From an uncultured Desulfosarcina sp. (lineage in GTDB: Bacteria > Desulfobacterota > Desulfobacteria > Desulfobacterales > Desulfosarcinaceae), in NCBI GenBank assembly GCA_963674945.2, contig CAXXWQ010000004.1, positions 192,001-256,000 of the forward strand: 64,000 nt of DNA, in the 5' to 3' direction. Positions 49,377 to 59,032 of this stretch are shown here, piece by piece; the first letter of the stretch is position 1; every line of letters starts with the position of its first letter. The notes beneath the pieces were generated by a model that saw nothing but the letters and a program-made list of their open reading frames with translations, searched no databases and had not been told where the DNA came from. Position numbers and translations under genes: made by a program.

Positions 49377-50120
49377 ATGCTAAAGGTGCTGAAAAACCGA
49401 TTCGAACAGGGATGCAAGACATCCAGTTATCCGAAAGAAAAGGTTCAATTGTTGCCCCGATACCGGGGCAGGCCGGAAATCAATGCCGATGCGCCGAAGG
49501 ATGTCGTAAGGGCATGCGCCCGCACCTGCCCCCAGGATGCCATCGATCCTGTGAAAAAAACCATCGACATGGGGCGCTGTGTATTCTGCGGTACCTGCGA
49601 ACGGACCGGCAAGGACCAATTCGTCTCCTTCACCCAGGATTTCGCAACGGCTGTCGCCGAAAAGGGTCATCTGATAACCGATGGCACCATTCCGGATCTG
49701 GCTGCACACGCCCGTCAGCATTTCAAGAAGCTGTTCGGGCGTTCGCTTCAACTTCGCCAGGTATCGGCGGCCGGCTGCAATGCCTGTGAGGCGGATCTGA
49801 ATGTATTGGCAACGCCCTTTTTCGATCTGGCCCGGTTCGGCATCAACTTCGTGGCTTCCCCGCGCCACGCCGACGGTATCGTGGTGACCGGTCCCATCTC
49901 CCGCAACATGACGACCGCCCTTTTACAAACCTTTGCGGCGACACCCGCGCCACGGGTGGTCATCGCCGTGGGCAGTTGCACGATCTCCGGCGGCCCTTTT
50001 CGGGGAAGCAGCGAAATCACCGAGGGATTGGACACGCTATTGCCCGTCGATCTGTTTATCCCGGGCTGTCCCCCCCACCCCATGACGAATCTTCACGCAC
50101 TACTCAACTTTTTTAAATAG
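49377..50120 (+). CDS. Ferredoxin (HyfH-like) + NuoB/HyfI-like small subunit fusion
   Basis: CARTCP, CVFCGTC, then GCNACE, ASPRHAD, GSC, PGCPP. Confidence 0.88.
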   Translation: MLKVLKNRFEQGCKTSSYPKEKVQLLPRYRGRPEINADAPKDVVRACARTCPQDAIDPVKKTIDMGRCVFCGTCERTGKDQFVSFTQDFATAVAEKGHLITDGTIPDLAAHARQHFKKLFGRSLQLRQVSAAGCNACEADLNVLATPFFDLARFGINFVASPRHADGIVVTGPISRNMTTALLQTFAATPAPRVVIAVGSCTISGGPFRGSSEITEGLDTLLPVDLFIPGCPPHPMTNLHALLNFFK

Positions 50121-50215
50121 TGGAGACAATTTCAAAACGCCCCCTCGGACTCAATATCGGCGTTGGGGTAAGCTGTCCAATCCTCGAAATACTACATTTC
50201 AAATAGTAGGAAATA

Positions 50216-50262
50216 ATAAAATGAAGGAGGCCTGTCCAAAGGACAGGCCTCCTTCATTTTAT
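50216..50262. terminator. Bidirectional terminator between convergent operons
   Basis: Perfect 22-bp inverted repeat ATAAAATGAAGGAGGCCTGTCC-AAA-GGACAGGCCTCCTTCATTTTAT. Confidence 0.9.
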
Positions 50263-51680
50263 GGTTGGATGATAATGGTCGGATACATCCCCTTCTTGGA
50301 TCCATCGGGATAGGGTTGAAGGGTATTGAAAGAGATGTTCTGGTTCTTCTGGGCGTGGCCTTGGTTCAAATTGCCATTGTAAAAGGCCCCGTTGGCTTCC
50401 AGGATATGGTGGATCCGTTCCTTGAAGGCGGAAACGAAACTCCCCCCGCTTCCCTCGAAGAGCATATTGCCCTTGCAACATCGGGTATTGATTTTGGCAA
50501 ACTCCCCAAGCGACATGCTGTTGGCGGCAAGCTCCTCCGGATTTCTCACCAGGCCCCAGACCAGGGTTCCCATGGGGACCGACAGGGGTTTTCGCACGTC
50601 GATGATGGTATGGGGCATGATTACACACTCTTTTCCGATGGTCAGTCGTGCCGCCGGCCGGCCTCTCAAGAAACTGTTGAATCCAACGAATACATCGTTT
50701 CCCATGTCTGCATCGATGATCTTTGCGCCGTGTGCCGTCACGTTGTTTCCCCGTAGATGGGAATTGATGATATAACAATTCTCCTGGGCGTTGGCGCCTT
50801 TGCCCAGGATCGAGTTTTGCAGGTAGGCGCGTTGGGCCACCAGAACATTCTCCCCGATCTGGGTCTTGGGTTTGATCACGGCGAACCGATCCAGGGAGGC
50901 GCTGTCCGGAACCGCCGGGTGAGGTTCGATGTTGACCACGTCAAATACCCGGCTGAAGGCCTCTTTCCGATCTTCCACAAAATCCATGAACACGCCTTGT
51001 GGGGTGTTTCCGGGAGTAAAGAAAATGTATTGATTCAGTTCATTGGGGGGATATCGGTACATGAAGTTGAAGTCCCCCGGCTTCCTGACCCATATGGTTC
51101 CCGGGTCCACGTTCAGATGGCTGATTTCACCGGCCTGCACGTATGCATAGGTACCAATCACGCAATCCCGCATAGTTGTCAGATCCACGGTCGAAAAGGG
51201 CCCCATGAAGCAGCCGTCGGAAGGCGACCCGTGGATGTTTGCGTAGTGGGTGGAGACGGTATCCCGAATAAAGAAGCGCTCCAGGGTTTCCGGATCATGG
51301 GAAAAGTTATGGACCAGGGTCTTGATCAGAAAACTGTCGTCGATCCGGATCTCTTCGTCCTGGCTCACCGGTATGTCGAATTCCTGGTATTGAAACAGAT
51401 CACCCTTTTTTTTCAGTTCGTCACCCCGTATATCGCTTTTGTAAAGGAGTGAATTGGTGACGCGGCACTGACCCAGAAAATAGCTGCCGGCAAGATTGGA
51501 ATGGCGGAATATGAGATTCAACGGATGGTGGGGGGTGATCCCGTAAAAGGCGTAAAACTTGGTCAGTTGCAGCAAAGGAACCAGATTCTTCACCATGGGA
51601 TTGACATCGAATTCCAGTTCCCTGAGATTGATGTTCACACGCTGGATGATTCGATCGTAGAGTTTTTCGATTTCTTTCAT
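50259..51680 (-). CDS. Left-handed beta-helix (hexapeptide) protein, gamma-carbonic anhydrase/acyltransferase superfamily
   Basis: Two hexapeptide-rich segments (TVDLTTMRDCVIG; IGENVLVAQRAYLQNSILGKGANAQENC..VFVGFNS..IGKECVIMPH), several His. Confidence 0.7.
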   Translation of the reverse strand: MKEIEKLYDRIIQRVNINLRELEFDVNPMVKNLVPLLQLTKFYAFYGITPHHPLNLIFRHSNLAGSYFLGQCRVTNSLLYKSDIRGDELKKKGDLFQYQEFDIPVSQDEEIRIDDSFLIKTLVHNFSHDPETLERFFIRDTVSTHYANIHGSPSDGCFMGPFSTVDLTTMRDCVIGTYAYVQAGEISHLNVDPGTIWVRKPGDFNFMYRYPPNELNQYIFFTPGNTPQGVFMDFVEDRKEAFSRVFDVVNIEPHPAVPDSASLDRFAVIKPKTQIGENVLVAQRAYLQNSILGKGANAQENCYIINSHLRGNNVTAHGAKIIDADMGNDVFVGFNSFLRGRPAARLTIGKECVIMPHTIIDVRKPLSVPMGTLVWGLVRNPEELAANSMSLGEFAKINTRCCKGNMLFEGSGGSFVSAFKERIHHILEANGAFYNGNLNQGHAQKNQNISFNTLQPYPDGSKKGMYPTIIIQP

Positions 51681-52255
51681 GTGACCGCCTCGTCGATTCC
51701 TTTGGATTCAGATTCTTTCACCGTGTGCGAAACGGCGGAAAACACATCGGACAATCGCAGAACACCGACAATATCCTTTCCCCGGGTGACCAGAAGCGAC
51801 AGATGGGAACCTGTTGTCAATTGATGAAGGGCCATTTCCAAGGAGGCGTTTTCATCCACATATTCGCCTTCTTCCGTTCTTTGCATGTAGTCCGCCACAC
51901 GCATCTCGTCCACGCGCGCATAGTTGTCCTCGACCGGAGGAGCGCCATTCAAATAGGACTCTTGTTGCAATGCGACGGCCCTGCCGGTGAACCCGAATTG
52001 CTTTAATTTTCGGATTTGTTTCAGATTTTGATCTTTGGGTTGCATCGCCTGCAAAAAATCCATCTGGCTGAGTTTACCGATCACCCGGTTTTCCTTGTTC
52101 AACACGAGAACGGCACGATGGGAATAGCGGCTATGCTGGTAAGCCTCCTGGGCATTTTCCAGGGCCATCAATGCCTGGTTCAAGTTTGCATCTTCCGGAA
52201 CGGAGGCGTATTCGGATATCGGCACCATTAAGTCCTTCACGATGTATTTTTTCAC
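51677..52255 (-). CDS. CBS-domain protein
   Basis: VKDLMVPISEYASV, HRAVLVL, IVGVLRLSDVF. Confidence 0.85.
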   Translation of the reverse strand: MKKYIVKDLMVPISEYASVPEDANLNQALMALENAQEAYQHSRYSHRAVLVLNKENRVIGKLSQMDFLQAMQPKDQNLKQIRKLKQFGFTGRAVALQQESYLNGAPPVEDNYARVDEMRVADYMQRTEEGEYVDENASLEMALHQLTTGSHLSLLVTRGKDIVGVLRLSDVFSAVSHTVKESESKGIDEAVT

Positions 52256-52436
52256 GGTGTTCCTCCGTTTCGATCCGAAAATGGATTATCGTGTTTCGTT
52301 GCAGTTTTTTCTGAAACGAAGCCGGAATGGCATCGTTTCAACTCGACGCTTCTTGCGTTTCACGGCAGTTACACCGCCTTGCCCCCACGTACGGAGACAA
52401 GACGGTGAGAATTGTGTGATCCGGCTGCCGACACCA

Positions 52437-53924
52437 TCATCCGCCAGCGACAATGGGCATGCCCATAATGGGCCATAGAACCTTGACGGCAAAGGCGGTG
52501 ACGATCATCAAGATGATACTGGCGGGAATTCCCCAAAGGAAAAATTCGCCTGTGGTGAACTGCTTGGAATCATAGGCGATGGCATTGGGAGCGGCCCCCA
52601 CCAGCAGGAGGAAGGGCATACCGGCCGTGACGAGGGACGCGAACAAGATCACCTCACCGGCGACATTCAGGTATGGCGCGACAACCAGCGCCACGGGCAG
52701 GGAGATGGCGATGGCCGCCACGTTCATGATGAAGTTGGTCATGATCATGACGAAGAAGGCGATGCTCATGATGAAGACAAACCCGGTGGACTCTTTGAAC
52801 ATGGTCAGCCAGTTCACGGCCATCCATTCGGCCGCCCCGGTCTGCCACAGGCAGAATCCGATACTCATGGCGCCGGCGAAGAGCAGGATAATGTTCCAGG
52901 GAACCTCTTCCAGATCGTTGATGTCCAGAAGGCCGGTGGCAAAGAAAAGAATGGTGGAAGTCAACAAGACGGCTGTCTTATGTGGTGCTACGAATCCGGG
53001 AATTGCGGATTTCATGACGGCTGAAACCCCCAGAACCAGGATGGCGGCGGTCACGATCACCGCGGCGATGATCTCTTTTTTCGAAATGCGGCCCATCTCC
53101 TGGCTCAGCCGTTTGGCCTTTTCCCGAAGCCCGGGAATGGTTTTCTTCTCCGGCTTCAACACCACCATGAAGAAACCCCACAACAAGAAGGTCATCAGCC
53201 AGCCGATGGGCGCCATGTAGTAAGAGAGCTCGAAAAAGCCCACGTTTTTGCCGGCGACTTCGTTATAGAAGCCAAGGGCCACGGCACCACGGGCGGCACC
53301 CAGCAGGGTGACGATGGAACCGGCGCCGGCGATGTAGGCCATGCCGATGAACAGGCCCTTTCCGAACTTGGTCGGTTTGTCGCCCTCGCCATACATGGCG
53401 TAGATGGCCACCAGCAACGGATAAATCGTAGCCGCCACGGCCGTATGGGCCATGATGTGGGTCAACGCGGCGGTGAGGACGAAACAGCCCAGGTAGATCA
53501 TGCTGGTCTTTTCACCAACGATCCCCAGCATCTTGTAGGCGATCCGCCGGGTCAGGCCTGTCTTGGTGAACACCAGTCCCACCACGATGGAGCCGAAGAT
53601 GAAAAGGACGCTGGGGTCCATGAAATCCTTGAAGGCATCCTTGGCCGGGCGGATGAAGAAAAGCACCTGCAGCACGCCGATGGTCAAACTGGTGATGCCG
53701 ATGGGAACCACTTCGAAGACCCACCAGGTGGCCGCCAGCAAAAACACCGCCAATGCGCCTTTTCCTTCCGGGCTCAAGACGAAAGCCTTTCCCAATGGAT
53801 CGATGGCATCGGGCCATGGGGGGGAATAGTAAATGAGGACAAACAAAAAGATACCGATGGCCATGAACATATATTTCTTCCAGCCAATCCCACCTGCTGG
53901 AATCGCTACTGTATCGCTACTCAT
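52437..53924 (-). CDS. SLC13/DASS family anion:sodium symporter
   Basis: WWVFEVVPIG, MAHTA, GSIVTLLGAARG, PWNIILLFAG, TNFIMNVAA, GAAPNAIAY. Confidence 0.9.
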   Translation of the reverse strand: MSSDTVAIPAGGIGWKKYMFMAIGIFLFVLIYYSPPWPDAIDPLGKAFVLSPEGKGALAVFLLAATWWVFEVVPIGITSLTIGVLQVLFFIRPAKDAFKDFMDPSVLFIFGSIVVGLVFTKTGLTRRIAYKMLGIVGEKTSMIYLGCFVLTAALTHIMAHTAVAATIYPLLVAIYAMYGEGDKPTKFGKGLFIGMAYIAGAGSIVTLLGAARGAVALGFYNEVAGKNVGFFELSYYMAPIGWLMTFLLWGFFMVVLKPEKKTIPGLREKAKRLSQEMGRISKKEIIAAVIVTAAILVLGVSAVMKSAIPGFVAPHKTAVLLTSTILFFATGLLDINDLEEVPWNIILLFAGAMSIGFCLWQTGAAEWMAVNWLTMFKESTGFVFIMSIAFFVMIMTNFIMNVAAIAISLPVALVVAPYLNVAGEVILFASLVTAGMPFLLLVGAAPNAIAYDSKQFTTGEFFLWGIPASIILMIVTAFAVKVLWPIMGMPIVAGG

Positions 53925-53979
53925 CTATACACTCCTAACTTGTATATGAAGGGGTTGCAGATCGCTGGATAAGCTCCGG

Positions 53980-54534
53980 TTACGAATCGCAGGCCAGAAT
54001 TGACTCACTGACCCACACAAAGACATCGGTGATCCGAAGAACGCCGATGACACTTTTTGCCTGGGTCACCAACAAAGACTGGTGATGTCCCAGCACGAGC
54101 TGGTGGATGGCTTGTCCCAAGCTGGCATCGGGCTCTATCATCTCGCTTTCTTTTGGGGTCACCATGAAGGAATTGACCTTGATTCTGGCTGCCTTTTCAC
54201 AGATCTTATCCATGGGATCCTGCCACAGCTTCAGGGACTCGAACATGGTCTTCTGGTATTTTCGGGTGAACCCCAGGTGCATGGGGCCCCTATCGGAAAG
54301 CATCTCATCGTACTTGGGTTCCAGGGCTTTCAAGATGGCCTGGAAATTCACTTTTCCCACCACCTGCCCCTCTTTATTGAGGATCAGAATCGATCGATGC
54401 CGATATTTGGTCTGGTCAAATCCCTCCTGGGACGCTTTCAGCGCCAGGACGGCCTCGCATAATGTGGCTTCTTCCGACACCGTCGCATATTCCGACAACG
54501 GTACCATCAGGTCCTTTACCATTTTCGTTTTCAA
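53980..54534 (-). CDS. CBS-domain protein
   Basis: VKDLMVPLSEYATV, HRSILIL, VIGVLRITDVF; RBS AGGAGG before TTG 54534; paralog of 51677..52255. Confidence 0.85.
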   Translation of the reverse strand: MKTKMVKDLMVPLSEYATVSEEATLCEAVLALKASQEGFDQTKYRHRSILILNKEGQVVGKVNFQAILKALEPKYDEMLSDRGPMHLGFTRKYQKTMFESLKLWQDPMDKICEKAARIKVNSFMVTPKESEMIEPDASLGQAIHQLVLGHHQSLLVTQAKSVIGVLRITDVFVWVSESILACDS

Positions 54535-54962
54535 TGTTCGCCTCCTTATCCGTTTATTTCCAGGGCACAACAGCCCTTATCGCCTTTTTGCATCGGGTAC
54601 AAATTGAAGTGAAACACGCCGGCGGTTCTCTATCACAAGGGATGGAGAAGATCAAGATAATGGTTGCCCCAAGCCTCTCCATAAGAAGGCAACGCTTCCT
54701 TTTTTCGGTCTGCAAGCAGTATGTTGAACCCGACAAACGCCACACGATATTCCATCCAAAACCGACATTACCCGGGTCGGGTTTACATCGGTAACGGCAG
54801 AAGGGAAAGGAATGTTATGGGAAATGGCGGGTGACGGCAATAGACCGCCAGAAAACAAGGATGCAATGATTTGGAAGATCAATCGGTTGGCTGGCTCCAT
54901 GGGAAAAAGGAAGGAGAAGAAACCAGTCGTCCGTCGGAGCGGTGAGAAGATTAAAGCAATGG

Positions 54963-55751
54963 TTAGTCCACATTCAAAACGGTGCCGTGTGTGATGTGTG
55001 CATAAGCGCTGTGGTTGTGGATGGATTCGAAATTTTCAGCACTTACGGAAAACCAGGTGATGTTGGCGTCGGCCATGAGACGTTCGCTGATATCCCTCAC
55101 CACGTCCTCGACAAACTTCGGGTTGGCATATCCCCTTTCCGTGACACGCTTTTCATCGACACGCTTAAGCACCGAAAAAACGTCACAGGATGCACAGGAC
55201 TCGACCAGTTCGATCATGTCTTCCAGCCAAATAAACTTTTTGAATCGGGTTTGGAGCCGGACGATTCCGCGCTGGTTATGGGCACCCTCGTCGGAAATCT
55301 CCTTTGAGCAGGGACAAACCGAGGTAATGGGAACATTGACCTCGCTGATCAGGTCGATCTCGTTATTGGAATTGCTGGAACCGGTAATGCGGCAGTTGTA
55401 GTCCATCAATCCCGGGGCCTGGCTGACCGGTGCCTGCTTTTCGATGAAATAGGGAAAATTCACCTCTATGTGGGCCGAGGCGGCGTCCAGTGTTTTTTTC
55501 ATCGCCTCCAACAGAACGGAAAATTGTTTAAGGGAAATTTCCGGCTTAAGCAAATGAAGCATCTCCACGAAACGGCTCATATGCGTTCCCTTGTATTCTT
55601 TGGGGAGGTCCACATACATGTTGATGGAGGCGATGGTGTTTTGGAATCCGTCGCGGCGGTCTTTCACACGGATCGGGTAGCGAAGGTTTTTGATCCCTAC
55701 CTTGTCGATGGGAATGTTCCGATGATCCGGTTCCCTTTGGACATCTTTCAT
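54963..55751 (-). CDS. folE2: GTP cyclohydrolase IB
   Basis: KGTHMSRF, CPCSKEIS..GAHNQR, LKRVDEK, NPKFVED, ESIHNHSAYA. Confidence 0.95.
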   Translation of the reverse strand: MKDVQREPDHRNIPIDKVGIKNLRYPIRVKDRRDGFQNTIASINMYVDLPKEYKGTHMSRFVEMLHLLKPEISLKQFSVLLEAMKKTLDAASAHIEVNFPYFIEKQAPVSQAPGLMDYNCRITGSSNSNNEIDLISEVNVPITSVCPCSKEISDEGAHNQRGIVRLQTRFKKFIWLEDMIELVESCASCDVFSVLKRVDEKRVTERGYANPKFVEDVVRDISERLMADANITWFSVSAENFESIHNHSAYAHITHGTVLNVD

Positions 55752-55838
55752 GTTCTTCCTACACGATGTATAAATTTTGAACCCCACTTGCTGTTTCCTT
55801 TACATCGGAACATGGGTTCAGGTCATTTCAATTACAAT

Positions 55839-56570
55839 TCATTTCAGCAGGTATTCCATCTTCACATGACTCATGGCCCGGTAAATATTTCCCTTGATCT
55901 TCCGATTGGTCCGATAGAGTCCGGTCAACATGGTCCTGATCTCGGACCGCTTGGTACGTCCGGCGGACGGGCACGGGTTGACGTATCTCGGAAACGGTAA
56001 GAAACGAAAAAAACGGCGAATCGTATCTTCATCCACCATGGCCATGGGGCGAATCACGACGAAGCGCCCACCAAAAAATTCCTGGAGAGGGACCATCGTG
56101 CTGATCTCTCCGGCATAGCAGATGTTTAGAAAAAAGGTTTCGATAATGTCGTCTTTGTTATGCCCCAAAGCCAATTTTTCGCATCCCAGCGCATCGGCGA
56201 GTTGAAAAAGGCGTTTCCGTCGCAATCTCGCACACAGGAAACATGGATTTTCCCGATTTTTTTCACTGTGGGCAATAATCCCGTGGTCGGTTCGGTCGAC
56301 GGTGAGATCAAACCCCAATTTTCGGCAATCTTCGGCCAGGTCATCGACGAATCCACCGGGAAAACCGGGGTCGATGTATATGGGAAAGAGCTGATAATCC
56401 ACCGGTATCCGCTTGCGCCGCTCGGCCAGTGCCCACAAAAGGGTCAGACTGTCCTTTCCACCGGATACGCCCACCGCGATACGGTCTCCGTTGCCGATCA
56501 TGTCATAGCGATGGATGGCCTTGCCAACAAGACTATTGATGGCTTTGTATGTATAGTTGTGCCGGGGCAA
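55839..56570 (-). CDS. ttcA: tRNA 2-thiocytidine biosynthesis TtcA-family protein
   Basis: PP-loop SGGKDS, CFLC, LGHNKDD, IRP. Confidence 0.85.
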   Translation of the reverse strand: MPRHNYTYKAINSLVGKAIHRYDMIGNGDRIAVGVSGGKDSLTLLWALAERRKRIPVDYQLFPIYIDPGFPGGFVDDLAEDCRKLGFDLTVDRTDHGIIAHSEKNRENPCFLCARLRRKRLFQLADALGCEKLALGHNKDDIIETFFLNICYAGEISTMVPLQEFFGGRFVVIRPMAMVDEDTIRRFFRFLPFPRYVNPCPSAGRTKRSEIRTMLTGLYRTNRKIKGNIYRAMSHVKMEYLLK

Positions 56571-56593
56571 GGCAGACTTTACCGCTATCGATT

Positions 56594-56800
56594 CTATTCA
56601 TCTGAATCGTTTGCGCCTTTGGCCACCACTTTTCCGGCGGCAATTTCACGAAGGGCGACGACGATATCCTCGTTTTTCGGACTGCTGACCAAATATTCCG
56701 ACCCCTCGCGGATTTGTCGGACCCGTGCAGCGGCCATATGAACCAGTTTAAAACGGTTCGGTACTTTTTCCAGGCAATCTTCGATGGTAATCCGTGCCAT
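56594..56800 (-). CDS. rpoZ: RNA polymerase omega subunit
   Basis: MARITIEDCLEKVPNRFKLV..AARVRQ..VALREIAAGKV; RBS GGAG before ATG 56800. Confidence 0.95.
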   Translation of the reverse strand: MARITIEDCLEKVPNRFKLVHMAAARVRQIREGSEYLVSSPKNEDIVVALREIAAGKVVAKGANDSDE

Positions 56801-56876
56801 GCCCAGTCTCCTTTGTTTATCAGTTTTGTATATCCTGCAAATCTGATCGGTGGATCTATCTTCTTGAATTGCTTCG

Positions 56877-57344
56877 TTACAAGATCTCGACCAGTTCATA
56901 AACGCGTTTTCCCCCCGGTGCGTTGAGCACAATCTCTTCCCCCGGTTTTTTCCCGATGATTGCCTTTCCCAGAGGCGAAGTCACGGAAATCCGTCCTTTC
57001 TCGATATCGGATTCCTCTGGCCCTACCAATTGATAGGCCACATCCTCACCGGTATCCACGTTTTCAAGCACTACTGTAGCGGCAAATACCGCCCTATCTT
57101 TGGGAAGGCTATCCACTTCGATGATTTCCGCATTGCCCAATTTATATCCCAGTTCACTGACCCTTCCTTCGACAAAGGCCTGACGCTCCTTGGCTGCATC
57201 ATATTCTGCGTTTTCACTCAAATCGCCATGGGACCTCGCCTCTTCAATGGCCCGAATCACACGGGGCCGCTCGATGGTTTTCAGGTGTTCCAGCTCTTTT
57301 TTTAGCGTCTGGTACCCTTCTCTGGTCATGGGTATTCTTTCCAA
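56877..57344 (-). CDS. greA: Transcription elongation factor GreA
   Basis: ARSHGDLSENAEYDAAKE, ISVTSPLGKA. Confidence 0.97.
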   Translation of the reverse strand: MERIPMTREGYQTLKKELEHLKTIERPRVIRAIEEARSHGDLSENAEYDAAKERQAFVEGRVSELGYKLGNAEIIEVDSLPKDRAVFAATVVLENVDTGEDVAYQLVGPEESDIEKGRISVTSPLGKAIIGKKPGEEIVLNAPGGKRVYELVEIL

Positions 57345-57394
57345 TGGAAACTCCTAAACGATTTTGTAGTTTCTATTTCTTCGGTCCGGCAATA

Positions 57395-57432
57395 GAAAAA
57401 CAGATCCCCACGGCTTTTCGCCTCTGGGGAAT
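57395..57432 (-). terminator. Probable intrinsic terminator between psd and greA
   Basis: CCCCAGAGGC-GAAAA-GCCGTGGGG followed by ATCTGTTTTT on - strand. Confidence 0.5.
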
Positions 57433-57475
57433 GGGTTTGTTTCAGATTCAAACGATAATCGTGAGATATATTTGT

Positions 57476-58144
57476 CTACAACCTTCCGATTATGCTGGCC
57501 CCGGCATGGACTGTTTCACCGACACGGACCCGGATATCGGTCTCGGTGGGCAAATAGATGTCCAATCGGGATCCGAAGCAGATCATACCGAAACGCTCTC
57601 CCCGTGTAAGGACATCGCCTGGTTGCACGCGGCAAATGATCCGCCTGGCAACAAGCCCTGCGATCTGGACGAATCCCACCGATTTTCCATCGTCCGTTTC
57701 CAAAAGCAAGGCGTTGTGTTCATTGTCCGTCGACGCCTTGTCCAGATTCGCGGAAAAGAACTTTCCCGGGTAATAATCCACCCGCCGGAGCGTGCCCTCG
57801 TGGGGGACACGGTTGACGTGCACATTGAAAACGGACATGAACACACTGACCCGTCTGCATGGCCCCGGAAAATAGGACGTCTGTTCAACTTGCTCCACCT
57901 TGATCACCTTTCCGTCGGCAGGTGATACGACGATGCCATCACCTTTTGGGACCAACCGATCCGGATCCCGGAAAAAGTAACAGATGAAACCCGTCACCAT
58001 GAGTCCCAAAATCGCCAACGCGGTAATCTCGAGCAAGGCAAATATCGCCGTGGTAAAAGCGGATGCAAAAATTAACGGATATCCGGCTCTTGCCACTGGA
58101 AATGCCGTCTGACTCGGAGGATCGGACCAGTTCAATTGCGCCAT
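57476..58144 (-). CDS. psd: Phosphatidylserine decarboxylase proenzyme
   Basis: FFRDP, SPADG, FMSVFNVHVNR, QIAGLVARRI, FGSR cleavage motif. Confidence 0.92.
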   Translation of the reverse strand: MAQLNWSDPPSQTAFPVARAGYPLIFASAFTTAIFALLEITALAILGLMVTGFICYFFRDPDRLVPKGDGIVVSPADGKVIKVEQVEQTSYFPGPCRRVSVFMSVFNVHVNRVPHEGTLRRVDYYPGKFFSANLDKASTDNEHNALLLETDDGKSVGFVQIAGLVARRIICRVQPGDVLTRGERFGMICFGSRLDIYLPTETDIRVRVGETVHAGASIIGRL

Positions 58145-58345
58145 GTCTATTTCTCCGCAGCCGCAAGGTGGAAGCGGTGATCATGCCTTTCAAAAATAAA
58201 ATCGAGTCTTGCAGTACTTCTATTTGGTCTTACGTTCTCTCATCCGCTTTGAGAATATTTTCTTCCCCAAAAACATCCGGCCCAAGGCATTTTACTGCCC
58301 TTTTAGCGGGTTACCTATAACCAATGCGAAGGGTCATGTCAACAT

Positions 58346-59032
58346 CTACCCGACATGGTGAATCTGGGCATCGGATTTTCGGATGTATTGGGGCGTGAGT
58401 GCATACACGGGATCGAACGATTTTCGACGAAACCGTGACATGGACAAAAGCCCCACCGATGCCGCTCGAATCACATGCTGCATGGGCTCACCGAACTCGA
58501 CAGATGGACACTTTTTCAAAAACAGCGCCCGATACAAAATTGCACCCGATCCGATCAGAAGGGCGTCTTCGGGCAGCATTTCAGCTACTTCTTCCGGGGC
58601 AGCCACCTTCGGATCACTGTCCAAGGATGGGTCGATCGCAAGCCCCTTGACATCGAAACGGTCATGATAAACCTCACCGCGCCTTGCATCGATCATGGTC
58701 ACGACGTTGCGATTCGTGTTTCGCATGGGATAGGCCAGGGCGGCGAGACTGCTCACCCCCACCACGGGAATCCCTGCGGCAATGGCGAGCCCTTTTACCG
58801 TACTGAGCCCGATTCGAAGCCCGGTAAAGGTTCCCGGCCCTTTCGTAACGGCAATTCCGTCGATATCACCGGGGGCCGCATCGCACCTTTTAAAAACACA
58901 ATCGATCATGGACATGAGATGACGAGAGTGGGTCTTTCCCGCGCCATAGGTCATTTCACAAAGAAGGCGGGTTTCGTCGAGCAATGCAACGCTGCAGCTT
59001 ACGGTGGACGTATCCACGGCAAGGAGCTTCAT
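58346..59032 (-). CDS. tsaB: tRNA threonylcarbamoyladenosine biosynthesis protein TsaB
   Basis: LAVDTS, GPGTFTGLRIG, IDARRGEVY, PQYIR. Confidence 0.95.
   Translation of the reverse strand: MKLLAVDTSTVSCSVALLDETRLLCEMTYGAGKTHSRHLMSMIDCVFKRCDAAPGDIDGIAVTKGPGTFTGLRIGLSTVKGLAIAAGIPVVGVSSLAALAYPMRNTNRNVVTMIDARRGEVYHDRFDVKGLAIDPSLDSDPKVAAPEEVAEMLPEDALLIGSGAILYRALFLKKCPSVEFGEPMQHVIRAASVGLLSMSRFRRKSFDPVYALTPQYIRKSDAQIHHVG

Noticed and set aside
56801..56932. N-terminal extension of rpoZ in the ORF track
   Set aside because: It overlaps greA; the canonical MARIT start with an RBS is at 56800
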